DNA from: Kiritimatiellia bacterium
GTDB taxonomy: Bacteria; Verrucomicrobiota; Kiritimatiellia; RFP12; JAZUKQ01
DNA length: 37,147 bases
Reading direction: 5' to 3'
Assembly: GCA_045643325.1 (NCBI GenBank)
Contig: JAZUKQ010000112.1
Location: forward strand, 1 to 37,147
Below, in pieces: positions 16,247-25,816 of the stretch (positions within the stretch are counted from its first letter, which is position 1; every line of letters begins with the position of its first letter). The translations under genes and the position numbers were made by a program. A model generated the notes under the pieces. That model ran no database searches, was not told the DNA's origin, and saw only the letters and a list, made by a program, of their open reading frames with translations.

Positions 16247-16564
16247 ATGAAAAAACAGACATACATCATCTGCGAAAAGCTGACATCGCTGAGAAAAGAC
16301 GGGGAGGAGTATGTCGTATCCGCCACGGAGGGAACGATCAAGCAGCTCATGTGGCACTTCAAAAACAAAAAGGCGGACATCGAGGCGCGGAAGTATCCGT
16401 CCGTGAAGTCCCTAATCCGCGCGTTGAACGCGTCTACGAAATACTTCGAGTATTTCGAGTTCTCGGGCGACGTGCGGCGGCTCCGCGAGGACAAGTTGAT
16501 CGATTATCTGTACACAGACTTGAACCGTACGCTCTGGCAATGGATCAAGTGGCTCTTTTCGTAG
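16247..16564 (+). CDS. Small hypothetical protein (105 aa), lysine/glutamate-rich, lying in a patch with visibly more A/T
   Basis: Intact ORF. Third-position G/C bias is present but weaker than in neighbouring genes. No TM or signal peptide. No family recognised. Confidence 0.55.
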   Translation: MKKQTYIICEKLTSLRKDGEEYVVSATEGTIKQLMWHFKNKKADIEARKYPSVKSLIRALNASTKYFEYFEFSGDVRRLREDKLIDYLYTDLNRTLWQWIKWLFS

Positions 16565-16660
16565 CGAACGTCCCAAGAACACCGAAACGCTTTCCCTCGT
16601 GAGAAAAAAAATTCAGCGGGACAGACATTTCTTGAACAGCTTCCCTAGTTGAAACCAACC

Positions 16661-19033
16661 ATGAACAAGACGCTTTCCGCGCTTTTCCTCCTCCCCGCCG
16701 TTCTTCTTGCCGCGGAGCCTGTCCCCGTCCACCTCGACCTCACCGCCGAATGCCGCGCCCTCGCCCCGTGGGGCAAGGTGGAGACTCTGCCGCAGGAGGG
16801 GGCCTCCCTTCTCGTCGACACGCTCGCGAGCAAAGGCGCGTGGAATCCCGCCTTCCGCTCGGCAGAGTCCTTCTTCGCCCCCGGAAAGACCTACGAGATC
16901 CGCTTCCGCTGCGACATCGAGGAGCAGGCGGACGACGCGTACCTCCTCCTCCTGATGCGTCCCGCCGACGCCCCGAACCACCTGCGCGACATCGCGAATC
17001 TCGAGGTCTACGCCACGCCGAAACCCGACGGCTACGTCCGCTTCCGCATCAAGATGCCCCCGTCCGGAGACAAGGCGCGCCAGACCTTCCAGATCCACAC
17101 GTTCAAGGGCCTCCGCGCCCGCGTCTCCGACCTCACCGTCCGCGAACTCGCGCGCGACACCCTTCCCGTCGACCAGCCGCATGACGCCCCGGACGCCGCC
17201 TCGTGGGCGGAGCCGACCGGATGTCCCGACTTCACCGTCGACCCGCCCCAGGCGCCGAAGAACACCTACGACGCCGCGGACTTCGGCGTGTCGCCGGATT
17301 CGCCGGACAACGCCGCCGCCTTCCAGGCCCTGCTCCAGACGGCCCGCAAGAACCGCCCGGCGAAAATCGTCCTCGCCCAGGGCGTCTACCGCTTCGGCGA
17401 CGGCGCGGACCTGCTCATGGACACCACGTTCGACGTCGAGATCGACGCCAAGGGCTCCACGTTCCTCTTCCACAAGACCAAGGGCAAGCTCTTCTCCATC
17501 CACCACTCCGAGCGCGTCGCCGTGCGCAACCTCACCATCGACTGGGACTGGGACGCCGACCCGCTCGCGAGCTTCGTGGAGGTCGTCGGGAAGGCCGACG
17601 ACGGCGCCTCCGTCGACCTTCGCTTCGTCGAGTACGAGGACTTCCCGCGCAAGGACGTCCGCATCGGCGACCTCGCCGAGGTCGATCGCGACACGCGCTT
17701 CATGCCGCCCGGCGGCGGCCGCCACGTCTCCTTCGAGTTCTTCAAAGGGCGCGAGGCGCCGGACAAGACCGAGTGGATCGCGCCGAACGTCCTGCGCGTG
17801 ACCGCGAGCGCGGCGCGGTTGGAACGCTGCCTCCCCGGGCAGTTCTACCTCGTGCGGCACTACGTGTACGACATGACGGCGTTCAACCTCATCAACGACA
17901 AGCACCTCACGTTCGACAACGTCCACGTCGTCGCCGCCCCCGGCATGGGCTTCCTCGTGAGCGGCTTCACCGAATACCTTCAAATCCTGCGCTCGAGCGT
18001 CCACCCCGCGCCGGGCTCCACGCGCGGCATCGCGGCCACGGCCGACGCCATCCACGCCGGCTCCTCGCGCGGCCACATCCGCATCGTGGACACCGTGCTC
18101 GGCGGCGGCGGAGACGACACGCTCAACCTCCACGACGGCAGCGTCTACGCCCTGCGCCTCGACGCCCACCGCGTCCTCACGCTCAACCACAACAACCTCC
18201 CCGGGAACTACTTCTGGAAGGGCCACCGCGTCGAGTTCCGCGACGAGGACTTCTCCCCCGCCGCGCCGCAGCCGGAGGTGGAGGACGCCCGCTTCCCGCG
18301 CGGCTTCACGGCGACGCTCGCCGAGGTGAAGCGCATCAACCCCGGACGCGGCCAGTACGAGCTCGTCTTCGAGGAGGAGCTCCCCGAGCCCGCCGGACGC
18401 GGTTTCATCCTCTACAACCGCAACTACGGCACGCACGACGTCCTCGTGCGCGGCTGCACGTTCGACCGGTTCCCGCGCGGCATTCTCCTCATGGCCGACA
18501 ACGCGACGGTCGAGGACTGCACGTTCCACCTCGGCAAGGCGGGCGGCATCAAGATCGAGAGCGGCTACACGATGAAGGTCTGGTCCGAGGGATACGGCGC
18601 GGGCAACGTCGTCATCCGGAACAACCGCTTCCAGACGGTGAACCAGATGGGGCGCTACGATTTCGAGGGGCGTCCCGACATCTACGTGAGCTCCTACCGC
18701 ATCGTCGACCCCTCGATGGACAAGGCGCGCTACCCGCTTTTCCACGACATCCTCATCGAAGGCAACACGTTCGAAGGCACGACGGGCGTGCCGGTGTACC
18801 TCGCCTCGGCGGGGCGTGTCATGGTGCGGAACAACACGTTCGACCTCACCGCGCCCTCGCCGCTGCCGGAGCCCTCGCGCGGCGGCATCGCCATGGACAG
18901 CGCCGCGGACATCGCGATTCTCGGCAACACATGGATCGTCCCGGCCGACGGCTCCGTCGCCCCGCGCGTCCACTTCGATGCCGAGAGCGTGGAGCGCGTG
19001 ACGGTCGAGGGGAACAAAATCCTGCGCAAATAG
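16661..19033 (+). CDS. Secreted right-handed parallel beta-helix protein (pectate-lyase-superfamily / GH28-related fold)
   Basis: Signal peptide 'MNKTLSALFLLPAVLLAAEP'. 'YDAADFGVSPDSPDNAAAFQALLQTARKNRPAKIVLAQGVYRF' matches the Pectate_lyase_3-type opening (DFGA.GDG..D...F..A........I..P.G.Y). Beta-helix-like repeats follow ('VRNLTIDW', 'TVEDCTFH', 'VVIRNNRF', 'ILIEGNTF', 'VMVRNNTF'). ATG 16661 is preferred over TTG 16649. Confidence 0.75.
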   Translation: MNKTLSALFLLPAVLLAAEPVPVHLDLTAECRALAPWGKVETLPQEGASLLVDTLASKGAWNPAFRSAESFFAPGKTYEIRFRCDIEEQADDAYLLLLMRPADAPNHLRDIANLEVYATPKPDGYVRFRIKMPPSGDKARQTFQIHTFKGLRARVSDLTVRELARDTLPVDQPHDAPDAASWAEPTGCPDFTVDPPQAPKNTYDAADFGVSPDSPDNAAAFQALLQTARKNRPAKIVLAQGVYRFGDGADLLMDTTFDVEIDAKGSTFLFHKTKGKLFSIHHSERVAVRNLTIDWDWDADPLASFVEVVGKADDGASVDLRFVEYEDFPRKDVRIGDLAEVDRDTRFMPPGGGRHVSFEFFKGREAPDKTEWIAPNVLRVTASAARLERCLPGQFYLVRHYVYDMTAFNLINDKHLTFDNVHVVAAPGMGFLVSGFTEYLQILRSSVHPAPGSTRGIAATADAIHAGSSRGHIRIVDTVLGGGGDDTLNLHDGSVYALRLDAHRVLTLNHNNLPGNYFWKGHRVEFRDEDFSPAAPQPEVEDARFPRGFTATLAEVKRINPGRGQYELVFEEELPEPAGRGFILYNRNYGTHDVLVRGCTFDRFPRGILLMADNATVEDCTFHLGKAGGIKIESGYTMKVWSEGYGAGNVVIRNNRFQTVNQMGRYDFEGRPDIYVSSYRIVDPSMDKARYPLFHDILIEGNTFEGTTGVPVYLASAGRVMVRNNTFDLTAPSPLPEPSRGGIAMDSAADIAILGNTWIVPADGSVAPRVHFDAESVERVTVEGNKILRK

Positions 19034-19046
19034 CGGCATCCCGGGG

Positions 19047-19328
19047 AGGCGCGAGGCGCTGGCTCGGAGCAGCTCCGGCCCCCTCCGCGAGGAGGCTGCC
19101 GCGCTAGCGGCTGGGGGTGTTTTGCGGGGCGGGAGACAACACCCGCCGGCGCTTCGCGCCACCTCCCTCGAGGGAGGCGCCTGCGGCGGGTTGAAGCGCC
19201 GCTTGGGCACCACGCGTCCGCTTGGGCGCCGCGCGCCGCTTTCGGGCGGAGCCCGGCCCCCACGAGGGGGCTGCCGCCGCAGGCGGCTGGGGGTGTCGCA
19301 TTTCGCGTCCGGGAGAAATCGGGAATAT
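19047..19328. repeat. Mosaic GC-rich palindromic repeat, locus C (inverted orientation relative to loci A, B and D)
   Basis: The reverse complement reads ATATTCCCGATTTCTCCCGGACGCGAAATGCGACACCCCCAGCCGCCTGCGGCGGCAGCCCCCTCGTGGGGGCCGGGCTCCGCCCGAAAGCGG ... GCCGCAGGCGCCTCCCTCGAGGGAGGTGGCGCGAAGCGCCGGCGGGTGTTGTCTCCCGCCCCGCAAAACACCCCCAGCCGC. That is the conserved end, then a P module, then a Q module. Confidence 0.9.
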
Positions 19329-19389
19329 CCAGACCTTGTCCCGGAGAGGGGCGAGATGCTACCATGTGGGATCCCCCGACAAACGACTC

Positions 19390-20307
19390 ATGAACAAGAC
19401 TCTTCGCGCATTGTTCTTCCTCGCCGCGGCCGTCCTTCTCGCGTCCGCCGTCTCCGCCGCCGAACTCCATGTCGGCGAGGGACAGGAATTTTCCACTCCA
19501 AGAGCCGCCGCCAGGGCCGTCAAGGACGGCGACACCGTCGTCATCCACGCCGGCACGTACCACGGCGACGTCTGCGCCTGGAGCGCCGACCGGCTCACCA
19601 TCCGCGGCGAGGGCTCCGACAAAGTCTTCCTCGAGGCCGACGGTCAACTCTGCATGGGCAAGGGCATCTGGGTCGTCTCCGGAAGCGGCGTCACCATCTC
19701 CGGCGTCACCTTCCGCGGCGCCGCGTGCCCCGACAAGAACGGGGCCGGCATCCGTGTCGAGCCCTCCGCGACCGGCCTCACCGTCCGCGGATGCGTCTTC
19801 CGCGACAACCAGAACGGAATCCTCAGCGGCACCGGCGACGGGTCGATGACCGTCGAGTTCTGCGAATTCGTCCACAACGGCGCGGGGGACGGCTATTCCC
19901 ACAATATCTACATCGGGAAAATCCGCAAGCTGATCTTCCGCCACAATCTCTCCCACCACGCGCCCGTCGGCCACGGCCTCAAGAGCCGCGCCCTGGAGAC
20001 CGTCGTCGAGGGCTGCCGCTTCGACGACGGCATGGACGGCCGTTCGAGCTACCTCGCCGACTTCCCGAACGGCGGCAAAGTCGTCGTGCGGGACTGCTGC
20101 TTCCGCCAGTCTCCGGCAGCCGAGAACGGCCGCATGGTCTGCTTCGGTCTGGAGGGAAGTCTCCACCCCGACGGCGGCTTTCTCCTTGAGAACAACACCT
20201 TCGTCAACCTCCGCGAGTCGCCCGGCTCCTTTGTCGTCGCCGAAGGCATGACGCCCGTCGCGCGCGGAAACACCTTCGAAGGACCGGGCGACGGCCGCCT
20301 CGAGTAG
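19390..20307 (+). CDS. Secreted right-handed parallel beta-helix repeat protein (possible polysaccharide lyase/hydrolase)
   Basis: Signal peptide 'MNKTLRALFFLAAAVLLASAVSAAE'. Beta-helix repeats ('VTISGVTFRGA', 'LTVRGCVFRDNQNGIL', 'MTVEFCEFVHNG', 'LIFRHNLSHH', 'VVEGCRFDDG', 'VVVRDCCF', 'LLENNTFVN'). ATG 19390 lies in frame within the annotated ORF 19222. Confidence 0.72.
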   Translation: MNKTLRALFFLAAAVLLASAVSAAELHVGEGQEFSTPRAAARAVKDGDTVVIHAGTYHGDVCAWSADRLTIRGEGSDKVFLEADGQLCMGKGIWVVSGSGVTISGVTFRGAACPDKNGAGIRVEPSATGLTVRGCVFRDNQNGILSGTGDGSMTVEFCEFVHNGAGDGYSHNIYIGKIRKLIFRHNLSHHAPVGHGLKSRALETVVEGCRFDDGMDGRSSYLADFPNGGKVVVRDCCFRQSPAAENGRMVCFGLEGSLHPDGGFLLENNTFVNLRESPGSFVVAEGMTPVARGNTFEGPGDGRLE

Positions 20308-20353
20308 AGAAAATCTTTTCCGGACGCGCGGCCGGCCCGCCGTCCTCCCCGCC

Positions 20354-22477
20354 ATGAACTGGATCTGGCTCTCCGCCTCCTCACATCCCGACCGTCTCCG
20401 GTCCCGCGGAACCTGCTTCGAGCGGAATCCGCCTCCGGGACAGGCCGGCATCACGGTCTGCGAGTTCGCCGCCGAGGCGGACTTCCCGGCGCCGCCCGCG
20501 CGCGTCCGCGTCGTCGCCAGCGCCGACGCCGCCTTCGCGCTCTCGCTCAACGGCCGTCTCCTCTGGACGGGTCCGGCACCCGTCGGAGGCGACTGGCTTC
20601 CCCTCTCCCGCATCCCCGCCTATTACGCCGACGAGGCGTCCCTCGACCTGACGGACGGCGAGACCCATTTCGCCTTCTCCGCCCTCGTCCGGGCCGACCC
20701 GCTCCGCGGCACCGAGCTCTCCACGACCCGCGACGGGTTCGCCCTCGACGCCGAGTTCTCGTTCCCCGACGGGGCCGTCCGACGCCTCGGCACGGACTCC
20801 GCGCCGGTCTGGCGCGTCCGCCTCCGTCCCGATTTTCTTCACGGCTCCTCCTACGACGGACGGATTCCCGCCGCGGAATGGGAGCGTCCCGAGCCCGTCC
20901 GCGACGTCTGGCACGCCCGCATCGCCCCCGTTCCCGTCTGCGTTCTCCGCCGCGTCGAGCCCGCCGCGAACGCCGAGATACTCCTTCCGCCAGGCGCCGA
21001 GTCCGGCCCCGTCGACATTCCGTTCGACCGCATTCACGCCGCCTACGTCCTGGCCGAGGCCGACGCGCCCTGCTCCCTCTCCATCGACCTGTACGAGAAA
21101 GACGCCTCCAACCGCCATGCCCACGAGGAGGTCGTCCTCGACCCCGCGGCAGGCCACGGCGTCTTCCGCTCCCTCGCCCTCCACAGTGTCGGCGGCTATC
21201 TCTGCCGACTCCGCAATCTCTCGCCCGACCGTCCGGCCGCCGTCCGTCTCGCCGCCCTCGCCTCGGAATATCCCGTGACGAAGGAAGGCCATTTCAGGTC
21301 GTCCGACCCCGGGCTCGACGCCGTCTACGAGGTCTGCGCCCGGACCCTCCGCGTCTGCCGCCAGTCCATGCATCTGGACAGCCCCAGGCACCAGGAGCCG
21401 CTCGCCTGTACCGGCGATTACGCCATCGAGGCGCTGATGACCGCCTTCACCTTCGGCGACATGCGCCTCGCGGCCCTCGACGTGCGGCGTACCGCCGGCA
21501 CACTCCTCGTCAACGACGGCCGCCTCTTCCACACCGCCTACAGCCTTCTCTGGGTCGGGATGCTGCGCGACGTCCACGACTTCACGGGCGACGACACCCT
21601 TCTACGCGACTGCCGGCCCGCGCTCGACCTCCTGCTGGCCCGCTTCCGCACCTACATCGGCGCGAACGGCCTCGTCGACTCGCCCCCCGACTACATGTTC
21701 GTCGATTGGCTCGTCTTCGACGGCTACTCGATGCACCACCCCCCGAAGTATCTCGGGCAGACCGCCCTCAACGCCTTCTATCACGGGGCGCTTCTCGCCG
21801 CCGCGGAAATCTTCCGCCGCCTCGGCGACCCCGGCCGGGCCGCGGCACTTCTCGACGACGCCGCGGCCCTCCGCGCCGCCTGCGACGCGCGCCTGTACGA
21901 CGCTCGGAAAGGTCTCTTCCGCGACGGGCTCGGCGACGCGGATCCCGGCGAGGGCCGATACCGTCCCGCCAACCCCGTGGGACGGGTGCACTACTCCCGC
22001 CACGCCAATGTCCTCGCGGTCCTCTACGGACTCCGCGAAGGTTCCGGCGCGGCCGAGCTTCTCCGGCGTGTCCTCCGAAGCGACCTGCCCGACGTCCAGC
22101 CCTACTTCATGCACTACGTTCTCGAGGCCGTCGACCGGTGCGGTCTCTTCGAGGAGTTCGGACTCTCCCTCCTCCGGCGCTGGATTCCTCTCGCGGAGGA
22201 ATGCCCCAAGGGACTCAAAGAGGGCTGGCACGCGCCCGAGCCGGACTATGCGTTCGACTACTCCCACGCCTGGGGCGGCACCCCCGCGTACCAACTTCCG
22301 GCGAAACTGCTCGGTTTCCGGATGCTTGAGCCGGGATTCCGCCGCTTCGAGCTCCGCCCCCGGCTTTGCGGTCTGGAGGAATTCGACATCGAGATTCCGA
22401 CCCCCGACGGCTTCCTCCGCTGCCGTATGGAGGAAGGCCGGGAACCCGTCATCGAGTTCCGCTCCGGCCGGTCCTGA
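20354..22477 (+). CDS. Six-hairpin glycoside hydrolase, alpha-L-rhamnosidase-like (GH78-like)
   Basis: 707 aa. 'HLDSPRHQEPLACTGDYA' resembles the GH78 'DCPQRDERLGWTGD' block. A C-terminal (alpha/alpha)6-type region ('LNAFYHGALLAAAEIFRRLGD', 'YSRHANVLAVLYGL', 'DYSHAWGGTPAYQL') is followed by a beta-sandwich tail. Exact family not verified. Confidence 0.6.
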   Translation: MNWIWLSASSHPDRLRSRGTCFERNPPPGQAGITVCEFAAEADFPAPPARVRVVASADAAFALSLNGRLLWTGPAPVGGDWLPLSRIPAYYADEASLDLTDGETHFAFSALVRADPLRGTELSTTRDGFALDAEFSFPDGAVRRLGTDSAPVWRVRLRPDFLHGSSYDGRIPAAEWERPEPVRDVWHARIAPVPVCVLRRVEPAANAEILLPPGAESGPVDIPFDRIHAAYVLAEADAPCSLSIDLYEKDASNRHAHEEVVLDPAAGHGVFRSLALHSVGGYLCRLRNLSPDRPAAVRLAALASEYPVTKEGHFRSSDPGLDAVYEVCARTLRVCRQSMHLDSPRHQEPLACTGDYAIEALMTAFTFGDMRLAALDVRRTAGTLLVNDGRLFHTAYSLLWVGMLRDVHDFTGDDTLLRDCRPALDLLLARFRTYIGANGLVDSPPDYMFVDWLVFDGYSMHHPPKYLGQTALNAFYHGALLAAAEIFRRLGDPGRAAALLDDAAALRAACDARLYDARKGLFRDGLGDADPGEGRYRPANPVGRVHYSRHANVLAVLYGLREGSGAAELLRRVLRSDLPDVQPYFMHYVLEAVDRCGLFEEFGLSLLRRWIPLAEECPKGLKEGWHAPEPDYAFDYSHAWGGTPAYQLPAKLLGFRMLEPGFRRFELRPRLCGLEEFDIEIPTPDGFLRCRMEEGREPVIEFRSGRS

Positions 22478-22559
22478 CCGCGCCGCCTGCCCTCGGTTTC
22501 CGGCCGGCCCGCCGCGGAAGCCCGCGCCCCCGTGTCCCGGAAACGGGTGCCGCGCGGCG

Positions 22560-25500
22560 TCACAGATCCACCCGCGCCCGGGTGGCCGTGAGAAGGAGCG
22601 CGGCGGAAATCCGCGCGAGCGGCACGCCCGAAAGCCGGTGCAGCGCCTGCCGGTATGTCTCCATCTGGCCGGAATACGTCTCCTTCATACGGGACTCGAA
22701 GTCTTCGGCCGTCTCGCCGGCCCGGAGACGGTTGGACTTGTAGTCGTAGAGCTCGACGCGGCGGCCGTCCCCCCCGCCGCGGAAGACGACGCGGTCGAAC
22801 GTCCCGGAAATCCATTCGTTGTTCCAAAGAATCTCGAACGACCGCTCCCGCCAGAGTCCGGCCGCGTCCGCAGGGCGTTCCAACGCGCGCCGGAACGGCG
22901 AGTCGCCGGAGAGGTCGAGTTCGTTCACGGCGATATCCGCCGGTTGCCCCGCCCCCGGGTCGATCCAGTCGATCCCGGCCAGGCGGTCGTGGAGCGAGGT
23001 GCCCCGTTCCGAGGCGCGGGGAGCCGAGGCGAAGAGGTTCGCGGCGCTCTGACCGAAGGGATGGGCCTTCGAGGGAGTGCGCCGGCGGATGGACGGGACG
23101 GACGCGGGGGCGGAGGCCGTGCCGCGCGCCGTCTCGGGAACCGTTTTCTCGTCCGGTTCCCCGAGTTCGGTCTGTTCGTACCAGCCGGCCTCCCCGAGCT
23201 CGAAGGGGAGCCCGGAAAGCGCCGCCTCCAGATATTCCGGAAAAGACCGGTCGCCGTCGGACTCTTTGGAGGGCTTGGAGCGCGGCGGAGGCAGCGCGAA
23301 GAAAAGCTCCGCCTTGGCCCGGGTCGCGGAGACGTAGAGGCGGCAGAGGTCCTCGAAGGTCTTCGCGTCGTTACCCGCCTTGAAGGCGTTTTCCAGCGGC
23401 CCGACTCCTTTGCGGAGGCCCTCCGAAACGTACGGGAAAACCCAGGCGGGCGGCACGGCGGGATCGCGGAGAAACTCCGGGGGCTGAAAGCTTCCGAGCT
23501 TCGGCTCCGAAAAACCGCCATTCGCGCCCTTTTTCGGGAAAACGGGAACGAACACCTGGTCGAACCCGAGCCCCTTGCTTCGGTGCTGCGTGAGAACCTT
23601 GACGGTGGAGGAGTCCGCGAAGTTCCGCTGGGTGCGCGACTCCACGAAACGTTTGAAGTCGAACAGCGTCCCGCGCCGGTTGGCGTTGGCGGAAAAGTCG
23701 ATCGCCGCGGCGACCAGCGACTCAAAACGGGCGCGCAGTTCCGAAGACGCCCCGACGGCGGGAAGCGACGCGAGAATCAGCCCGGACCAGTCGCGGAGCG
23801 CGGAGGCGAGCCCCTTGCGCGAGACGTCTTCGGCGACGCGGCGGGACAGTTTCGCCGGGGTGTCGAGCCGCTCCCCGGGGAAAAGGGTCTCCACGAGCGG
23901 GGTCGCCGCGACATGCCCCCATTCCAAGGTTTTTCCGTCGGGATGCTCGGCCAGTACGAGAAGGTCCAGCAGCGCGCCGACGACGGGAGTGTCGTCGATG
24001 GAGCTCTCTCCCTCCCACACGGCGGGGATGTCGCAGAACCGGAGGACGTCCGCGGCGAACGATCCGTCGTCGTTGGACCGGACGAGCACCGCGGAGGTCA
24101 GCCCGCGGTGCCAGGGCCGCGTCTCCCGCAGGCGGCGGACGACAGGGAGCAACACGTGGAAACGGATGTCGTCGGTGCCGAGGGCGTCGGCCTCGGCCTT
24201 CGCATCGGGGTCGTCGGGCGCAGGCCCGCGCTCCACGCGGACATATCCCTTCCGGTCCTTCTCGTGCGAGGAGTGGCATACCCAGAAGGATCTCCAGAGG
24301 CCGCACGCGTCGGCGGCCTTGGACGAACCGCTGAAGGAGCCCTCCAACGCGGCCCCGTCGAAGACCCGGTTGACGAACTCGGAGATCTCGGGGCGGAAAC
24401 GGTAGGACTCGGAGAGGTCGAACAGCGTGTACTCTCCCGAGGCGCGTTCGGCGGAGAAGAGCCGGCTGTCGCCGCCGCGCCAGCCGTAGATGGCCTGCTT
24501 GACGTCGCCGACGACGAACAGCGAGCGGTCGTCGTCGGACTGCTTGAGCTCCTCCACGGTCGGACGCAGGGCGTCCCACTGGGAGGGGGACGTATCCTGA
24601 AACTCGTCGAGCGCGAGATGCCGGAACTGCGTGTCAAAGCGGTACTCGAGGTCCCGCAGATGGCCGGAGTCGCGCCGTCCGAGCCCGGCGATGAGGCGCG
24701 GAATGTCGGAAAAACCGAGTTTCCCCTGAGAACTTCCCTCGCGTTCGTAGGCTGCCTCCAATTTGAGGAGGAGGACGTAGAGCCCGCGCATGCGGCGCAG
24801 CGCTCCGGACAGGGCGACGGCCTGGGCGCGGAGGACGATGTCGCGAAGGGCGGAGGTCTGCGTCCCGAGGTTCAACTTCTTTCCTCCGCAGGTGACGATT
24901 CCCTCGCCGGACGAGGCGGCGGCGAGGAAGTTCTTCACCGGCGTCGCGGCACCGCTGGAGAATATCCGCTCCGGCTCGCGCGAGAGGACATCGCAGAACG
25001 CGCCGAGATACTCCCGGCACTTGGCGAATTTCTCCCCCTCGCACATCGCGCCGACGTTCTCGCGGAAAAGTTCAGCCTTCTCCCGGATCTGCCCGCGGGC
25101 GCTCTCCTCGTCGAGCCGGAGCAATCCGAGAAGTCCGGCGTTCGCGGCGTCGCCGAACAGCGTGTCGGGGTCGCCCCACGCGGTCGGGGACGGATGGTCC
25201 AACAGCGAGTCGCGCCATGTATCCAGATTCTTCACCGCCTTGGTGAAAAAGGACTTGGAGCTCTTCTCGCCGTCGGCATAGCGGAAAATGCTCTGGAGCT
25301 GCTCGAAGTCCTCGGGTCTGTCGCTCGTGAAAACGGAGGCGACGACCTGCTCGCGGAGCAGATCCAGGTCGTCCGTGTCGAGCATCTCCATGGGGCCCTG
25401 CAGTCCGACTTCCGTCGGGAAAAATTTCACGATCCGCCCGAGGAACGAGTCGATCGTTCCGAGCATGGAACGGTGCTGTTCGGCGAGGAACGCGCGAAGG

Positions 25501-25811
25501 GCGGCGAGGAACACGCCCGCGTCCAACCCCGCCGGATAGCGCGCGGCGATGGCCTCGAGGAGTCCGGCCGGGCAGCCGTCGCGGAGACTTTTCGCCTCCC
25601 GGGCGGCTGCGGGGGCCGAGGCCGCCGCGGCGGCGAGGCGCTGAACGACGCGGTCGAAAATCTCGGCGGCGGCGAGGCGCGAGAAGGTGAGCGCCGCGAC
25701 GGTGTGGGGAGGCTCGCCGGCGAGCAGCAGGCGGATGACATGCGAGGCGAGGGCGAACGTCTTTCCCGTGCCCGCGGAGGCGCTGATGAGGAAGTTGGAT
25801 TCTTTGGACAT
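22560..25811 (-). CDS. addA: AddA-type helicase-nuclease (UvrD/Rep superfamily-1 helicase with C-terminal RecB-like PD-(D/E)XK nuclease)
   Basis: Walker A 'SASAGTGKTF'. SF1 motifs 'LALDEFQDTSPSQW', 'VGDVKQAIYGWRGG', 'LSESYRFRPEI', 'LTQHRSKGLGFDQVFV', 'RLYVSATRAKAELFF'. C-terminal nuclease 'FDRVVF...VELYDYKSN' and 'QMETYRQAL'. The start ATG 25811 lies 5 nt after the addB stop. Confidence 0.85.
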   Translation of the reverse strand: MSKESNFLISASAGTGKTFALASHVIRLLLAGEPPHTVAALTFSRLAAAEIFDRVVQRLAAAAASAPAAAREAKSLRDGCPAGLLEAIAARYPAGLDAGVFLAALRAFLAEQHRSMLGTIDSFLGRIVKFFPTEVGLQGPMEMLDTDDLDLLREQVVASVFTSDRPEDFEQLQSIFRYADGEKSSKSFFTKAVKNLDTWRDSLLDHPSPTAWGDPDTLFGDAANAGLLGLLRLDEESARGQIREKAELFRENVGAMCEGEKFAKCREYLGAFCDVLSREPERIFSSGAATPVKNFLAAASSGEGIVTCGGKKLNLGTQTSALRDIVLRAQAVALSGALRRMRGLYVLLLKLEAAYEREGSSQGKLGFSDIPRLIAGLGRRDSGHLRDLEYRFDTQFRHLALDEFQDTSPSQWDALRPTVEELKQSDDDRSLFVVGDVKQAIYGWRGGDSRLFSAERASGEYTLFDLSESYRFRPEISEFVNRVFDGAALEGSFSGSSKAADACGLWRSFWVCHSSHEKDRKGYVRVERGPAPDDPDAKAEADALGTDDIRFHVLLPVVRRLRETRPWHRGLTSAVLVRSNDDGSFAADVLRFCDIPAVWEGESSIDDTPVVGALLDLLVLAEHPDGKTLEWGHVAATPLVETLFPGERLDTPAKLSRRVAEDVSRKGLASALRDWSGLILASLPAVGASSELRARFESLVAAAIDFSANANRRGTLFDFKRFVESRTQRNFADSSTVKVLTQHRSKGLGFDQVFVPVFPKKGANGGFSEPKLGSFQPPEFLRDPAVPPAWVFPYVSEGLRKGVGPLENAFKAGNDAKTFEDLCRLYVSATRAKAELFFALPPPRSKPSKESDGDRSFPEYLEAALSGLPFELGEAGWYEQTELGEPDEKTVPETARGTASAPASVPSIRRRTPSKAHPFGQSAANLFASAPRASERGTSLHDRLAGIDWIDPGAGQPADIAVNELDLSGDSPFRRALERPADAAGLWRERSFEILWNNEWISGTFDRVVFRGGGDGRRVELYDYKSNRLRAGETAEDFESRMKETYSGQMETYRQALHRLSGVPLARISAALLLTATRARVDL

Positions 25812-25816
25812 GGCGG

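Noticed and set aside
16613-19213. 866-aa minus-strand ORF, and the 17203-19107 plus-strand ORF, overlapping the beta-helix gene
   Set aside because: The 16661-19033 frame has a signal peptide and beta-helix repeats. The competing frames are Arg/Gly/Pro-rich.
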